A DNA stretch of 64,000 bases from Macrostomum lignano (lineage: Eukaryota), in the NCBI GenBank assembly GCA_002269645.1, contig NIVC01000744.1:62001-126000 (forward strand). Direction: 5' to 3'. Under the pieces are notes generated by a model. It had not been told where the DNA came from. It saw nothing but the letters and a program-made list of their open reading frames with translations, and made no database searches. This document shows, piece by piece, positions 11,614-29,350 of this stretch. Each line of letters opens with the position of its first letter. Position 1 is the first letter of the stretch. The translations under genes were made by a program, and so were the position numbers.

Positions 11614-13629
11614 CACGGAAAGGCGTTTGACTCGGTGTTGAGAGCCGCTCTCCCCTTTGTCCTTCGAGCCTACCGGGTGCCCGAGCAGCTAATCGACGCT
11701 GTCATGGCGCTGTATTGCGATACTCGAGCTGCTGTGGTGACGGCGGACGGCCTGTCTGACCTGTTCGACACTTCATCAGGAGTTCTGCAGGGAGACACTT
11801 TGGCGCCGTTCCTCTTCGTGCTGCTCCTGGACTGGGTGCTTCGGACCGCACTCCCCTCGGCTAATGACGGCTTCCTGCTGCGCAGACGCATCGGTCGCCG
11901 CCACGGCGAAAAGCGCCTAAGCGTGCTTGGCTACGCCGACGACCTCGCCCTACTGTCCTCGTCTGTTGAAGGCGCCCAGCGCCAGATCGACAGGTTGGTC
12001 GAGGTAGCATCGAGCGTCGGTCTGGTTGTCAACACGCTGAAGACCGAGGTGCTGACTGTGTATAAGCTTCCTAGTTGGCCGCAAACTAAGAACCTTACAT
12101 ATGATTAATAGTAACTCAAACGAGGTAGAATATGCTTGGATGTTATTTACCGATCAACCATATAATTATATTTACTACTACATTTTCAACGTTTGTATTA
12201 ATAAGTAAATAAGCAAATAAGCGAGCTACAAGCAGGGAGAATAAGTCTGAGACACTACGGTATAACTAAGCTACTCAAATACTCCTATTAATCTATTATA
12301 TATATATATATAAATTACGCCTATCTACCTGGTCTGAGACCGATACGCTACTATTCATAAATCTATAGTCATGGCAGTGCTCAGTCTTACCCTCCGGTCA
12401 CAGGTGTCTGCAGAAGCGGTCGTCGTGATTTACAAACTATTAAGCAATCCAAAAGTTAATACAAGGCGTGTAAAAAGAGAGTGAAAAGAGAGTGAGAAAA
12501 GGTAAAGTTTTAGACATTTAACCCCTCGCTTATTTATAGTAAATTTCCCCGATGAAGTCTCTGTGAAACTGTCTGCGTTATCATTTCCCACGTCTTCCAG
12601 CCACCGCGCAATTCCGGCCGATTCTCACGGTTCCCCTTTCTCGTGCGATTCCTGAAATGCCTCTGTTAAAAATGTAATTGAACCCCGCCCCACATAAAGC
12701 ATACAACCCCTCTAAAGTGGAAGCAGACTTTTAGGGCGGCCTGCACTCGCCCTTTGCAATGCCGTCATCAAGCACTTGTGGCTTTTTGTAAGAGTGCAGC
12801 TGTCCACAACTGCTACACTCCACCACGCTCTGATAACAATGCAATTCCCTAATTTCCTAAATCCTAAGTCCTATTCCTAATAGTTCCTACGATAGTCCCT
12901 AAATAGTCCCTAAGGCCTACATGCATATGAAATTGAATCCTTATACTGTGCCGGCCGACATCCCAGCAGACCCGACATGCCGCGGCGCAGACGGGCAGAC
13001 GACCAGGCTCGCACGCTGCCAGCGGTTCACCTACCTCGGCGGTCTGGTGCCCCACGTGGAAGAAGACCTCCGGCGGCGCAGAGGACTTGCCTGGGCGGCC
13101 TTTCGTTCGATCCGAGCCGTCCTCCAGTCCGAAGCGCTGCCCGACCGCCAGAGGGCTCGGCTGTGGCAGGCGGTGGTCGAAACCGTCCTGCTCTACAACG
13201 CCGAGACGTGGACGCTGACGGCTACGCTGGAGCGGCAGCTGGACTCGGCGCACTCAGGGCTGCTCCGTGCGGCCTTTCGAGCTGACGAGAGCGTCGGGAC
13301 CGAGGCCCTGTACGATCGGGCCAAGCTGCAGCGCCCGTCCACCATCCTGCTCCGACGGCGACGCCAACTGGCGGGCCACGTGATCCGGGCCGAGGGCTAC
13401 TGCCCCCAACCTGTTCAGGACGTCCTGCTGCTCACCTTGCAGGGCCCGTTCAGGCGGGGTCAGGCCCGAACCCGTCGATACGTGGACTGCCTGCTGTGCG
13501 ACGCTGGGGCGCCCGACACTGCCAACGGAGCGGACTTCGTTCGCTCTCAGGCTCTGCGGCGCGCCATCTGACGCGCCCTGCTCTAACTGACTTTGCACGC
13601 GGGGCCGCGTATTTTGTTGTTGTTGTTGT
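11614..13629 (+). mobile_element. 5'-truncated RTE-like LINE (RT C-terminal part), split by an 885-bp insert
   Basis: KAFDSV, QGDTLAPFLF, YADDLALL, FTYLG, VETVLLYNAETW motifs; stop at 13571; (TTG)n tail; probable TSD ACAGTC (11608-11613, 13630-13635); removing the insert restores the frame EVLTV|PADIP. Confidence 0.9.
12061..12945 (-). mobile_element. 885-bp insertion with 5-bp TSD and TATAAG...CTTATA termini; probable solo LTR
   Basis: TSD CTGTG (12056-12060, 12946-12950); short inverted termini; no ORF; minus strand has TATAAAT followed by a pyrimidine-rich tract. The insertion is certain; its class and strand are inferred. Confidence 0.65.
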
Positions 13630-14143
13630 ACAGTCGGAACACGAAAGAAGCCAGACGCGAACACAAATATGAGAGAGCGATCAAAAATGCCCCAAAGACT
13701 TGCGACAGTTAAAACCAAGGAGTTCTATAATTAGCAATCATAGATTATTAGTTTAACGCGAAGAGTATAAAAAGCGATCGCAAACAACTAAAGGAAAAGA
13801 AAAACTTGACTAAAAGACAAGCTTGTATAAATAAGGATAAATGAGACCACAAAAGATTAAACAAATTAAATCCAACACAGACAGACAAAGCCAACTGAAT
13901 CAACGCGAAAAGGCCTTGAAATCAGATCGGGCAGATAGGCGCAAAAGGGAGGGGCACGACGGAGGGAGAGAAAGTGCACAAGGCTTGGCTTCGGAAAACA
14001 AAGCTTAGTAAAGAAATAAAAAATTTTCTAAGGTATATTTGAATGTTTAAACTCTTGCTAAATAGTTTATCGATAAATGGTTCGTTTTCAGTAAATTAGT
14101 TGTCGATGCCATTTCTGCGCTCTTTCGTCTTCTAATTTTTGCA

Positions 14144-15310
14144 TCACAGGCTGCACGCACTCCGCAGCTGGTCGAACTGGGCCGCATCGAGGTTGCCAGT
14201 CAGCAGAGCCCAGCACTGCAGCCAGCCGTCGAACGGTTGGATTGCGGCTGACATGCAGCTGCCGATCAGAAGGTTGTTGTGAATGTTGGAAAAATTGCCT
14301 CCTCCGGAAAAAACCATCGACATATGAATAGACTTCATCATGGATCCATTGTAGTAGGCGTTGGATGAGAAGGTCATACCTACGAAGTTGATTCCAAAGC
14401 TCGTCAGCCGCTCGACTGAGTCTCCAGCACAGCCACTTGCCCAGGTCATTAAGGAACTACTGAGAGTACCAGAAGCAAACTGGACCCTAGCAGTGATGTT
14501 GCCGTCGCTTTTTATGTACAAATTAGTTGGGGTTGTTGGATTGTTGACATCAGAAACGAGCTGATGCACTTGTCGCTGAAACATTGTGCACGGGTGATCG
14601 AATGTTCATAAATAAATCCTTTTTTGATAGAAACCTAATTATTCAGTCATATACATAAATACTCACACAGGGTTGCAGGAAAACTTTCCCTGAAAGAACA
14701 TGCTGTACTGCTTCCCAAATGCAAAGTATTTGCTGAATCCGGCAGTCGAGACTTTCACGTAGGAGCCGCTCGAGCCCTGCAGACGAACTCCGTCGACTGG
14801 ACTCTGCTCGGTGACGTTCACTGGTTCCGCCTGGCAAACTGATTGGTTGACGAAGTTTTTGAAGCTCTTCTTGAAGTTATACCACAGCACGAGATTCGAG
14901 GACAAGTTCTGGATGACCGAAGCTTCCGACAGCGAGCTCGCAGGAGTGGCAGAAGTTGGCGCGCTCGGACCTACGGTGACTGGATTCGACGGCGTTGTTT
15001 CAGAAGCCAGCAGTTTTCTCCTAGCGACCATCCGGGACCCGCAGCTGCCGGTCGATGGCGGCATCGCAGACAGCCTGTAGCAGACGGCCCTGTCTGTCAG
15101 GTACACAGACAGGCGACACTCGCTGCTGAGAGTGCAGAGCAGCGAGCACTCGGGCTCACTTTGAGCGGCCACAGCCTCAACATTCACAGGCTCGGTGGGA
15201 CAGTCGCTGGTCAGCAACTCAAACACTGCGGAGACGTGCTCGAGTGCCACCGACTGGCACAGCACCAGCGAAAAGGCACAGGCAGTGAGCCAAATGACGG
15301 ATGACTTCAT
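14144..15310 (-). CDS. Secreted PAN/apple + LamG/concanavalin-like protein (2 exons: 15310-14669, 14575-14144; ~357 aa)
   Basis: Signal peptide MKSSVIWLTACAFSLVLCQSVA; PAN-like CSLLCTLSSECR...CYRL; S/T/P linker; LVLWYNF...LLIG...FDGWLQCWALLTGNL typical of LamG-like folds; GT-AG phase-0 intron 14576-14668. Confidence 0.7.
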
Positions 15311-15559
15311 TTTTTGATCTGGTTTAGAATTTTAGGAATGGTGTTTAGGAAGTGACGCTCCTAGGAATTTATCCAGACTTTATCTTATTGGAAAGATATC
15401 TTGTGGGAGACAAGGAAATTTTGTGTCGCATGCGATTGGAGGAGAAGTTTCGGAATTAGTAGCAGGCTTTGTGGTTGCTATGCAGGAAATCATGAAGCCA
15501 TAACTCCTGACAAACTGTTTAACAATTTCCACGAGTTAGACAATTGCACGATTTCCACG

Positions 15560-16590
15560 AAGCCGAAGCGTTCGCTTCTTCTTTCTACTCAGAGCCAGTC
15601 TTACACAGGGCCACCCATTCAATGGTGACGGGGGACTGTTGCAGGTATTGACAAGCAGTTTTTCACCATCATGCAGGCCGGGCCTTAGAGCCTTTGCCTC
15701 GTATGGTGCCTGTGGTCGGTTCGGTCTCCCATTCCACAATAGATTCACCCAGGCGTACAAGCGTTGCTCTAAGTCTGTATAGCCGCTGTTCTGACGATCC
15801 TACAAAGGAGCAAAACAAAGGCAAAACATTTGCAGAATGTACAACAAAATAACAAGTACAGAAAGCATTACACTTTGACACCCCGCCTCACCGGATGCGC
15901 CACTAGGACTAACGATGTCACTGGATAGCCTGGGATTCCAACCCCCTACCCGCAGCTGAGTTTGCTCTACAAAACCCGGCTCAGCGCTCTGTTTAGAGAG
16001 CAAATCAAATTCCTGCAATTTTTCGAAACTTCCGGAATCAAACGGGATGGGATTTCTGTTGAATTTGGTTTCAACTCTGCTTGTGCTATGATATGGTTCC
16101 CTGCAATGTTTTGAAACCTAGTCCTTGTCAACGGAGAATAATGCAAGCTATCCAGATAGTGAGAAATATGTTTCTTTGTTTTTTATTTCCACTATGCAGC
16201 TCCTGCATTGAGTCAATAGATGGCTGTCTGAAAGCCGAAAGCCGGTCAGAATCATAAAGAAACTTTTCACAAATTTTGCAAGAAGTTTCTGATTTTGGTC
16301 GATTAATATGAATCCTGAACAGTCTAAAATGTCGCCATCCACCGAGATATGCGCACTTCTCATAACTCAAATTCCATGTCATCCTTCATCATGTCTTCTT
16401 TGAATGGACACTCGTCATCTGCAGTTGCTGGTACTCTGCCATTCGAGCAGCGTAACAGGTCAGAGTTGCGCACTTTATCCTGTCTGTTTCCCATTTGTGG
16501 CGAGTCACCTCATTATACAGAATCTCCTGTCTTTGTAGAAGTTCTTGCTGCTAAGTTGAAGCCCTTCGACCTCTTCGTCCACTAGATGAA
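15560..16590 (-). pseudogene. Decayed coding remnant, copy 2 (possibly transposase-derived)
   Basis: Homologous to 880-1480; fragments YEKCAYLGGW...CKIC...QGLGF; multiple stops. Confidence 0.45.
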
Positions 16591-17369
16591 AACGTAACAG
16601 CAACGAATTAGCTGAATCAGCATGCGTCTTCCATTTATGCATGACACTTTTCGTTGTTACACAGGTGGTGCCTCCTTGTAGGGGTTCAGAAATTGAAAAC
16701 TAACAGTAGTACTAGTGGTAACAGTGCTTGTTTTTTCAATATACGAGCGTACATGTACATGTAGCAAAAGAGAAAATTCAAGTCAAGGAAGACTGCTCTT
16801 ATTTGTTATTGCTTCCTTGAAGACCGACTACACCAATACTTACACTGACATTTATATGTGCTTATTGGCGACTGCTATTTAGTAAAAAGTAGCCGATAAC
16901 TTTGCAAGTTTGTCTACGGCACATACTACTATTTCCTTTTTTCACCCGAAGAGTAGCTTAAGCGCAAAATTTTAAATGTTCTTTCCCAATAAATTAGAGC
17001 AAAACGAATGATTTCTGTAGATTTTCTGTACTCTAAAAACCCACTACTGAATTATTAATTGTTGCTTAGACAATGGTAACAAGCGAGGTTTAACCAAACC
17101 AAGGAAATAGGTGAGTAAACTCCAGCGTAAACTTTCTTTAGCGAGAAATGTCAAAGAACTGTAGAACTGTAATAGAAACGTAGAAACACAGCGGCCGTAC
17201 CCAGCCAGTAATCGACAATCATTGTAATGTATTTTACTAATTACACTTGTGACAAACGCAAGCAAAAAGTATAAAATACGTATAGTTAATATCTTGCAAT
17301 GTTTAGGCTGGTGTCATAAGCATCAGTTTCCGACGATCAGCTCTGGGTCCGGTCCGGGTGGCTTCTAAG

Positions 17370-23670
<6,301 letters not shown>

Positions 23671-24354
23671 GCCAAGTGGCTCAACTGACTGCGAATGGTC
23701 GGTCTTCGGGAGAGCTGATTTTTGCTGAAGGCTAACTTTTTTAAACTGTTTTCTATTGTACTATTAAGTCTCTGTTATCGAGTAAGTCTGCAAGACTACT
23801 CAGCATTTCTGAAATGAGTGAATTGGTTTGCGTATTTTGTTGTATCTTTGTCAATTTAAACACAAAATATCTGCTATGTAATATCAATATAGAATGCCCA
23901 TTTCGCTTTTTGTGGAGGATATTGCAGGTTTAGCAATTTCAACTTTACAAGCTGCCTGTGTTTCAGGGGCAATACGTGGGGTATGGAGTGCATGCCTAAC
24001 ACTAAGTACGGTACACTCGGTGCGTACAGTCTCCAATCTGTCTGCGTGAGGGTGGCCGACCTGGACGGGGTGTGAAGGGCGGAGCCTGTGTACATTCACA
24101 GGCGTACCCCTCGTAACGGCGGGTACAGCTGTTGACTGCAGCGGGACATGCGCCTGAGTACATTTTAGTGTACAGAGCGATAGCGACTGACGCATTCTGG
24201 ATTTTATATGGGGCTCTTCCACAGACCAGGGTTTGGAGTTCGAACTTATTCACGAATCTTAACGTTGTAGCATTAAAACAATATCAGTATATAACTCGGT
24301 AGAGATGTTTCTGTATATATACATCATTTAAATAAACGAACTCAAAGCCAACAC

Positions 24355-25843
24355 ACAGAGCTAACATCTATCTCAATGCTAGCACACCTCAGAGCTAACA
24401 TCTATCTCAATGCTAAGATCTCAGAGCTAACATCTATCTCAATGCTAAGATCTCAGAGCTAACATCTATCTCAATGCTAAGATCTCAGAGCTAACATCTA
24501 TCTCAATGCTAGAATCTCAGAGCTAACATCTATCTCAATGCTAAGATCTCAGAGCTAACATCTATCTCAATGCTAAGATCTCAGAGCTAACATCTATCTC
24601 AATGCTAAGATCTCAGAGCTAACATCTATCTCAATGCTAAGATCTCAGAGCTAACATCTATCTCAATGCTAGAATCTCAGAGCTAACATCTATCTCAATG
24701 CTAAGATCTCAGAGCTAACATCTATCTCAATGCTAAGATCTCAGAGCTAACATCTATCTCAATGCTAAGATCTCAGAGCTAACATCTATCTCAATGCTAA
24801 GATCTCAGAGCTAACATCTATCTCAATGCTAAGATCTCAGAGCTAACATCTATCTCAATGCTAAGATCTCAGAGCTAACATCTATCTCAATGCTAAGATC
24901 TCAGAGCTAACATCTATCTCAATGCTAAGATCTCAGAGCTAACATCTATCTCAATGCTAAGATCTCAGAGCTAACATCTATCTCAATGCTAAGATCTCAG
25001 AGCTAACATTTATCTCAATGCTAAGATCTCAGAGCTAACATTTATCTCAATGCTAAGATCTCAGAGCTAACATCTATCTCAATGCTAAGATCTCAGAGCT
25101 AACATTTATCTCAATGCTAAGATCTCAGAGCTAACATCTATCTCAATGCTAAGATCTCAGAGCTAACATCTATCTCAATGCTAAGATCTCAGAGCTAACA
25201 TCTATCTCAATGCTAAGATCTCAGAGCTAACATCTATCTCAATGCTAAGATCTCAGAGCTAACATTTATCTCAATGCTAAGATCTCAGAGCTAACATTTA
25301 TCTCAATGCTAAGATCTCAGAGCTAACATCTATCTCAATGCTAAGATCTCAGAGCTAACATCTATCTCAATGCTAAGATCTCAGAGCTAACATTTATCTC
25401 AATGCTAAGATCTCAGAGCTAACATTTATCTCAATGCTAAGATCTCAGAGCTAACATTTATCTCAATGCTAAGATCTCAGAGCTAACATCTATCTCAATG
25501 CTAAGATCTCAGAGCTAACATCTATCTCAATGCTAAGATCTCAGAGCTAACATTTATCTCAATGCTAAGATCTCAGAGCTAACATCTATCTCAATGCTAA
25601 GATCTCAGAGCTAACATCTATCTCAATGCTAAGATCTCAGAGCTAAAATCTATCTCAATGCTAGAATCTCAGAGCTAACATCTATCTCAATGCTAGAATC
25701 TCAGAGCTAACATCTATCTCAATGCTAGAATCTCAGAGCTAACATCTATCTCAATGCTAGAATCTCAGAGCTAAGATCTCAGATCTAAAATCTCAGAGAT
25801 AAGGTCTCAGTGCTAAGATCTCAATGCTAAGGTCTCAGAGCTC
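24355..25843. repeat. 32-bp minisatellite with 14-bp monomer flank
   Basis: Unit TCAGAGCTAACATCTATCTCAATGCTAAGATC, ~44 copies; right flank is diverged 14-mers (TCAGAGCTAAGATC). Confidence 0.97.
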
Positions 25844-26597
25844 AACTGAATACATTGATTTGAGCAATCACTAACCTGCGAAGCCAGTACTATTGACAAT
25901 GTTAACCGGCATTTAGGTTTGTTTAATACAGCATAAAAGTTAAACAAAGCCAACAATATCAAAACACGCGCATCGCAAGTTACTCAACTGAGGCGCGCAT
26001 CAGCTGCTTACCCAAGGCTCATGTGAGCTCAGCTCGTTAAAACGTGCAGACCTCAGACGCAGTTACGGGTGGCAGGGCCGGCTGGTTTGACCGTGGCCGA
26101 ATGGACAGCAAGGCGTATTTGGCTTCGTTTCTCGCTTGAAACTTTCAGCAGAATCAATTCAAGGCCAAGCAATTAGCCACAGCGGTGACCAACAACCCCT
26201 ATTTAACCCCGCAACTGTTTTTCGTTTTCCAAGTCGCTCTGTCTGCCCCTGCCTGCCCTGCTGGGACTGCGGGCTGGCGGGGGGGAGCGGCGAGATGCAC
26301 ACCGACTAAGGGAAAGAAGGCTTCGCTAGCTGCACGGCTTTTCCAAATTGCAGGGTAGAGAGAGAGAGAGAGAGAGAGAGAGCGGGTGGCTTGGAGGCCC
26401 CTGCTCATGGAGCAGAGACAGAGTTGAGCTCAGCCACCCCGCTTTCACTGCAGAGGGCTGTCAGCTCTTTAAAAAAGACTCGAGAAAACAGCTATAGAAG
26501 TTTCCAGAATAACAAGCCGCGGCCTTAAAACTGACTCCATTTGAAATAAATTGAATCAGCAAAATTCAACAAAGCCTGCAAGCATCCGCTGGCAATC

Positions 26598-27545
26598 ATG
26601 AGACTCATCGTGCCAATAGTACTGCTGCTTGTGCTGGTTGCTGTGACCTGTGTCGGCGCTGAGCAAAGGTGAGGCTTCTGGTTCTTGCTTCTCGTGACGT
26701 GTGGTCGGCGCGGAGCTTTAAACGTAATAATGGTGGTGTCGCAGACCTTAAGAATTTGGTGGCAGACACTGAAGGACCGTGAAAGTTTGGTGGCAGACTT
26801 TGAAGGACCGTGAGAGTTTGGTGGCAGACACTGAAGGACCGTGAGAGTTTGGTGGCAGACACTGAAGGACCGTGAGAGTTTGGTGGCAGACACTGAAGGA
26901 CCGTGAGAGTTTGGTGGCAGACTTTGAAGGACCGTGAGAGTTTGGTGGCAGACTTTGAAGGACCGTGAGAGTTTGGTGGCAGACTTTGAAGGACCGTGAG
27001 AGTTTGGTGGCAGACACTGAAGGACCGTGAGAGTTTGGTGGCAGACACTGAAGGACCGTGAGAGTTTGGTGGCAGACTCTGAAGGACCGTGAGAGTTTGG
27101 TGGCAGACACTGAAGGACCGTGAGAGTTTGGTGGCAGACACTGAAGGACCGTGAGAGTTTGGTGGCAGACACTGAAGGACCGTGAGAGTTTGGTGGCAGA
27201 CACTGAAGGACCGTGAGAATGGGTTCCTCAAGGATACAGGCAGTCCATGCACGATCCTGCATTGTTTTCCCCTCATTGGCTCGCAGGTGCAAGAAGCACG
27301 CGGACTGCCAGCGCTCGCACCACTGCACCCGAGTCGGCGGCAGCTTGGTGTGCCGCCAGCACTGCAAAATCTGCCGGGTCTGCTCGGGCTCCAGCGTGAG
27401 TCGCAGCGGAGACACCAGCGGCGGCAGCTACAGCTACTCCAGCAGCAGCGGGTCCTCGAGGAGCTGCGCAAGCTGCTCTAGCGAGTTCACCTGCGACCCG
27501 GACGGCTCCTGTGAGAAGCCGGAGCCGTGCGACGTGGATGTGTGA
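26598..27545 (+). CDS. Small secreted cysteine-rich peptide precursor (109 aa; exons 26598-26668, 27287-27545)
   Basis: Signal peptide MRLIVPIVLLLVLVAVTCVGA; GTGAGG donor and CGCAG acceptor join in frame (phase 2); mature region has 12 Cys around a Ser/Gly linker. Confidence 0.75.
26755..27218. repeat. 31-bp intronic minisatellite (~15 copies)
   Basis: Unit GTGAGAGTTTGGTGGCAGACACTGAAGGACC inside the intron of the Cys-rich peptide gene. Confidence 0.95.
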
Positions 27546-27901
27546 GGAAAGCCGCCTGCCCTGGCGCTGAAATCTGACCTTGAAAAGTACTTTTACTACA
27601 GCTGGTGATTGGCCCTGCCATCCAAATTTGAGTAACAAATTCACGACTTGCTCGAGATTTTATAATCCCAAGCAAAAATGGGTTTCATTCCTGCACTAAC
27701 AATACTGTTGTTTACAACCTTACATACCCAATTATCCAAGCTGAGTATTCTAAATACAAAATTTTAAGTTTTGACACGGCTCATCTTCAATAACTGCTTA
27801 TTAGTTGCTTGTTTCATTCATCTTCGTTTTAAAAAAAAATGTTGACAACCGAATAATACTAAGCCAAGCAGACAACAGCGTACAAGACTCGGGAGAGCAC
27901 A

Positions 27902-28260
27902 CAGGGGCATCGCCATGGATTTTATGGTGAGGGGAGACAAAGCCAAGATTTCTACATGTACATGTACATGACTAAATTCCTATATGTACATTCTTTTCAG
28001 AATCGGTGTTTTCAGCGATCATTTTTGGCGCCGCAGGCACTCATTTTGGCGCCGCAGGCACTCATTTTGGCGCCGCAGGCACTCATTTTGGCGCCGCAGG
28101 CACTCATGTTTTGTCACCCTGAAGCAAAATTATTAATTTACATAGCAGATCAACAAATGTGGGGTAAGGGGGACAAAGCGTTGACATATCCCCCATAACT
28201 TTTACTGGGGGGGGGCATGTGCCCCCTGTCCCTGTCCCCCCTCCGGTGGTGACGCCCCTA
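27902..28260. mobile_element. hAT-type MITE related to 11276-11554, with internal 21-bp tandem repeat
   Basis: Ends CAGGGGCATCGCC / GGTGACGCCCCTA; shared GATTTTATGGTG.GGGG body; 4x TCATTTTGGCGCCGCAGGCAC; TSD unclear. Confidence 0.7.
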
Positions 28261-29350
28261 ACTCAGCACATTTACATGTATTCTACGTTCAGTTCAGTAG
28301 TAAGTTTTACAGAAGCATTTTAATGTACTTTAAATCTTTCACCCAGCTTAAACCCTCCAAACGCACCTTTCCACACCATTCACACTATACATCCGCCCTG
28401 TCCCAATTTCATTGCCTTTCTCGGAATTCCAGCCAAAAGCTGCCATGTACATTAGCCAATGTACATTACTGCTGAACCAATAACAAAATTGTTTACGCCT
28501 GCAAGCTTAGGCTTTTAAACTTATCAAAGTAATTTCAGCTGCGTTTAATTTTACAAAATCTGCTCAAATATTGCTCAAATATTCTTCCTTGCTACTGAAC
28601 TGAAAGTAGAAAGCTGTTTTACTGAGTACGAGTAGTCATGCCTGAGTTATCTAGTTATTTTAGTATCCGTTCAAAGATTTGAAATGAAAAATTTTACAGC
28701 AAATTACTGTTGCTATTACTCAAAAGTAGTATCACGAGATAGTTTTTTGTCTTCGAGTAACATTTATGCCAGTTTAGAAAACAATCCAAAGTCGTGGCGA
28801 TCCTGCGGATCACAGTCAGAGTAAACTCTGTGCGCAGTAGACAGAGTACTCAGAATGCCCGTATCTTCGAACAAGTCTCAGCTCAGTTGCACCTCGCATT
28901 TTCATCAAAGCCTGACTCTGCCCCGAGATGCCACTTGTGCCTTGAAAAGGCCAACTTCATCTTCTGCCTGCACCGCCCCTCCCCCCTCCGCGCAGTGCCA
29001 CAGGTGTTTTTCGCCACAGTGAAGGTTGAATTTTGTCAACAGGGCTATCAAAACAGAGAGAACCGCTCGGACCCAGTGGCTTTTTGAGTAGCGAGTGCAG
29101 AGCTGCGGGCCACTAGAGATGGCCTTGTCAAACCATCTGCAATGGGCCATGAAGTGGACTCGTGTACTTACGCAGTAAAACAAGACAAATATTCATTTTT
29201 AGAAACTGGGCGTCAAATATATTCTTAGCAATAAATTGTCAATGAGCAAGTTCAGCAAGTGGAATTTGGAACTAAACTAAGGCAGCGGGTCATGCACAGA
29301 TTAGTTTGCAACAGTCTTTTAGAATCGAATGGTACTTTTATGTATGGAAC

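Noticed and set aside
24355-25790. CRISPR-like appearance of the 32-bp repeat (also the 31- and 33-bp arrays)
   Set aside because: Units are directly adjacent with no unique spacers; no cas genes; eukaryotic context.
26755-27218. Donor-like GTGAG and acceptor-like GGCAG in each repeat unit (micro-exon array)
   Set aside because: Implied introns would be 18 nt, too short for the spliceosome; no polypyrimidine tract.
26525-27471. Long minus-strand repetitive ORFs
   Set aside because: Translations of the 31-bp intronic minisatellite, antisense to the Cys-rich peptide gene.
28794-29183. RCHLCLEK motif reminiscent of a Penelope C-terminus
   Set aside because: Single short motif without supporting flanking similarity.
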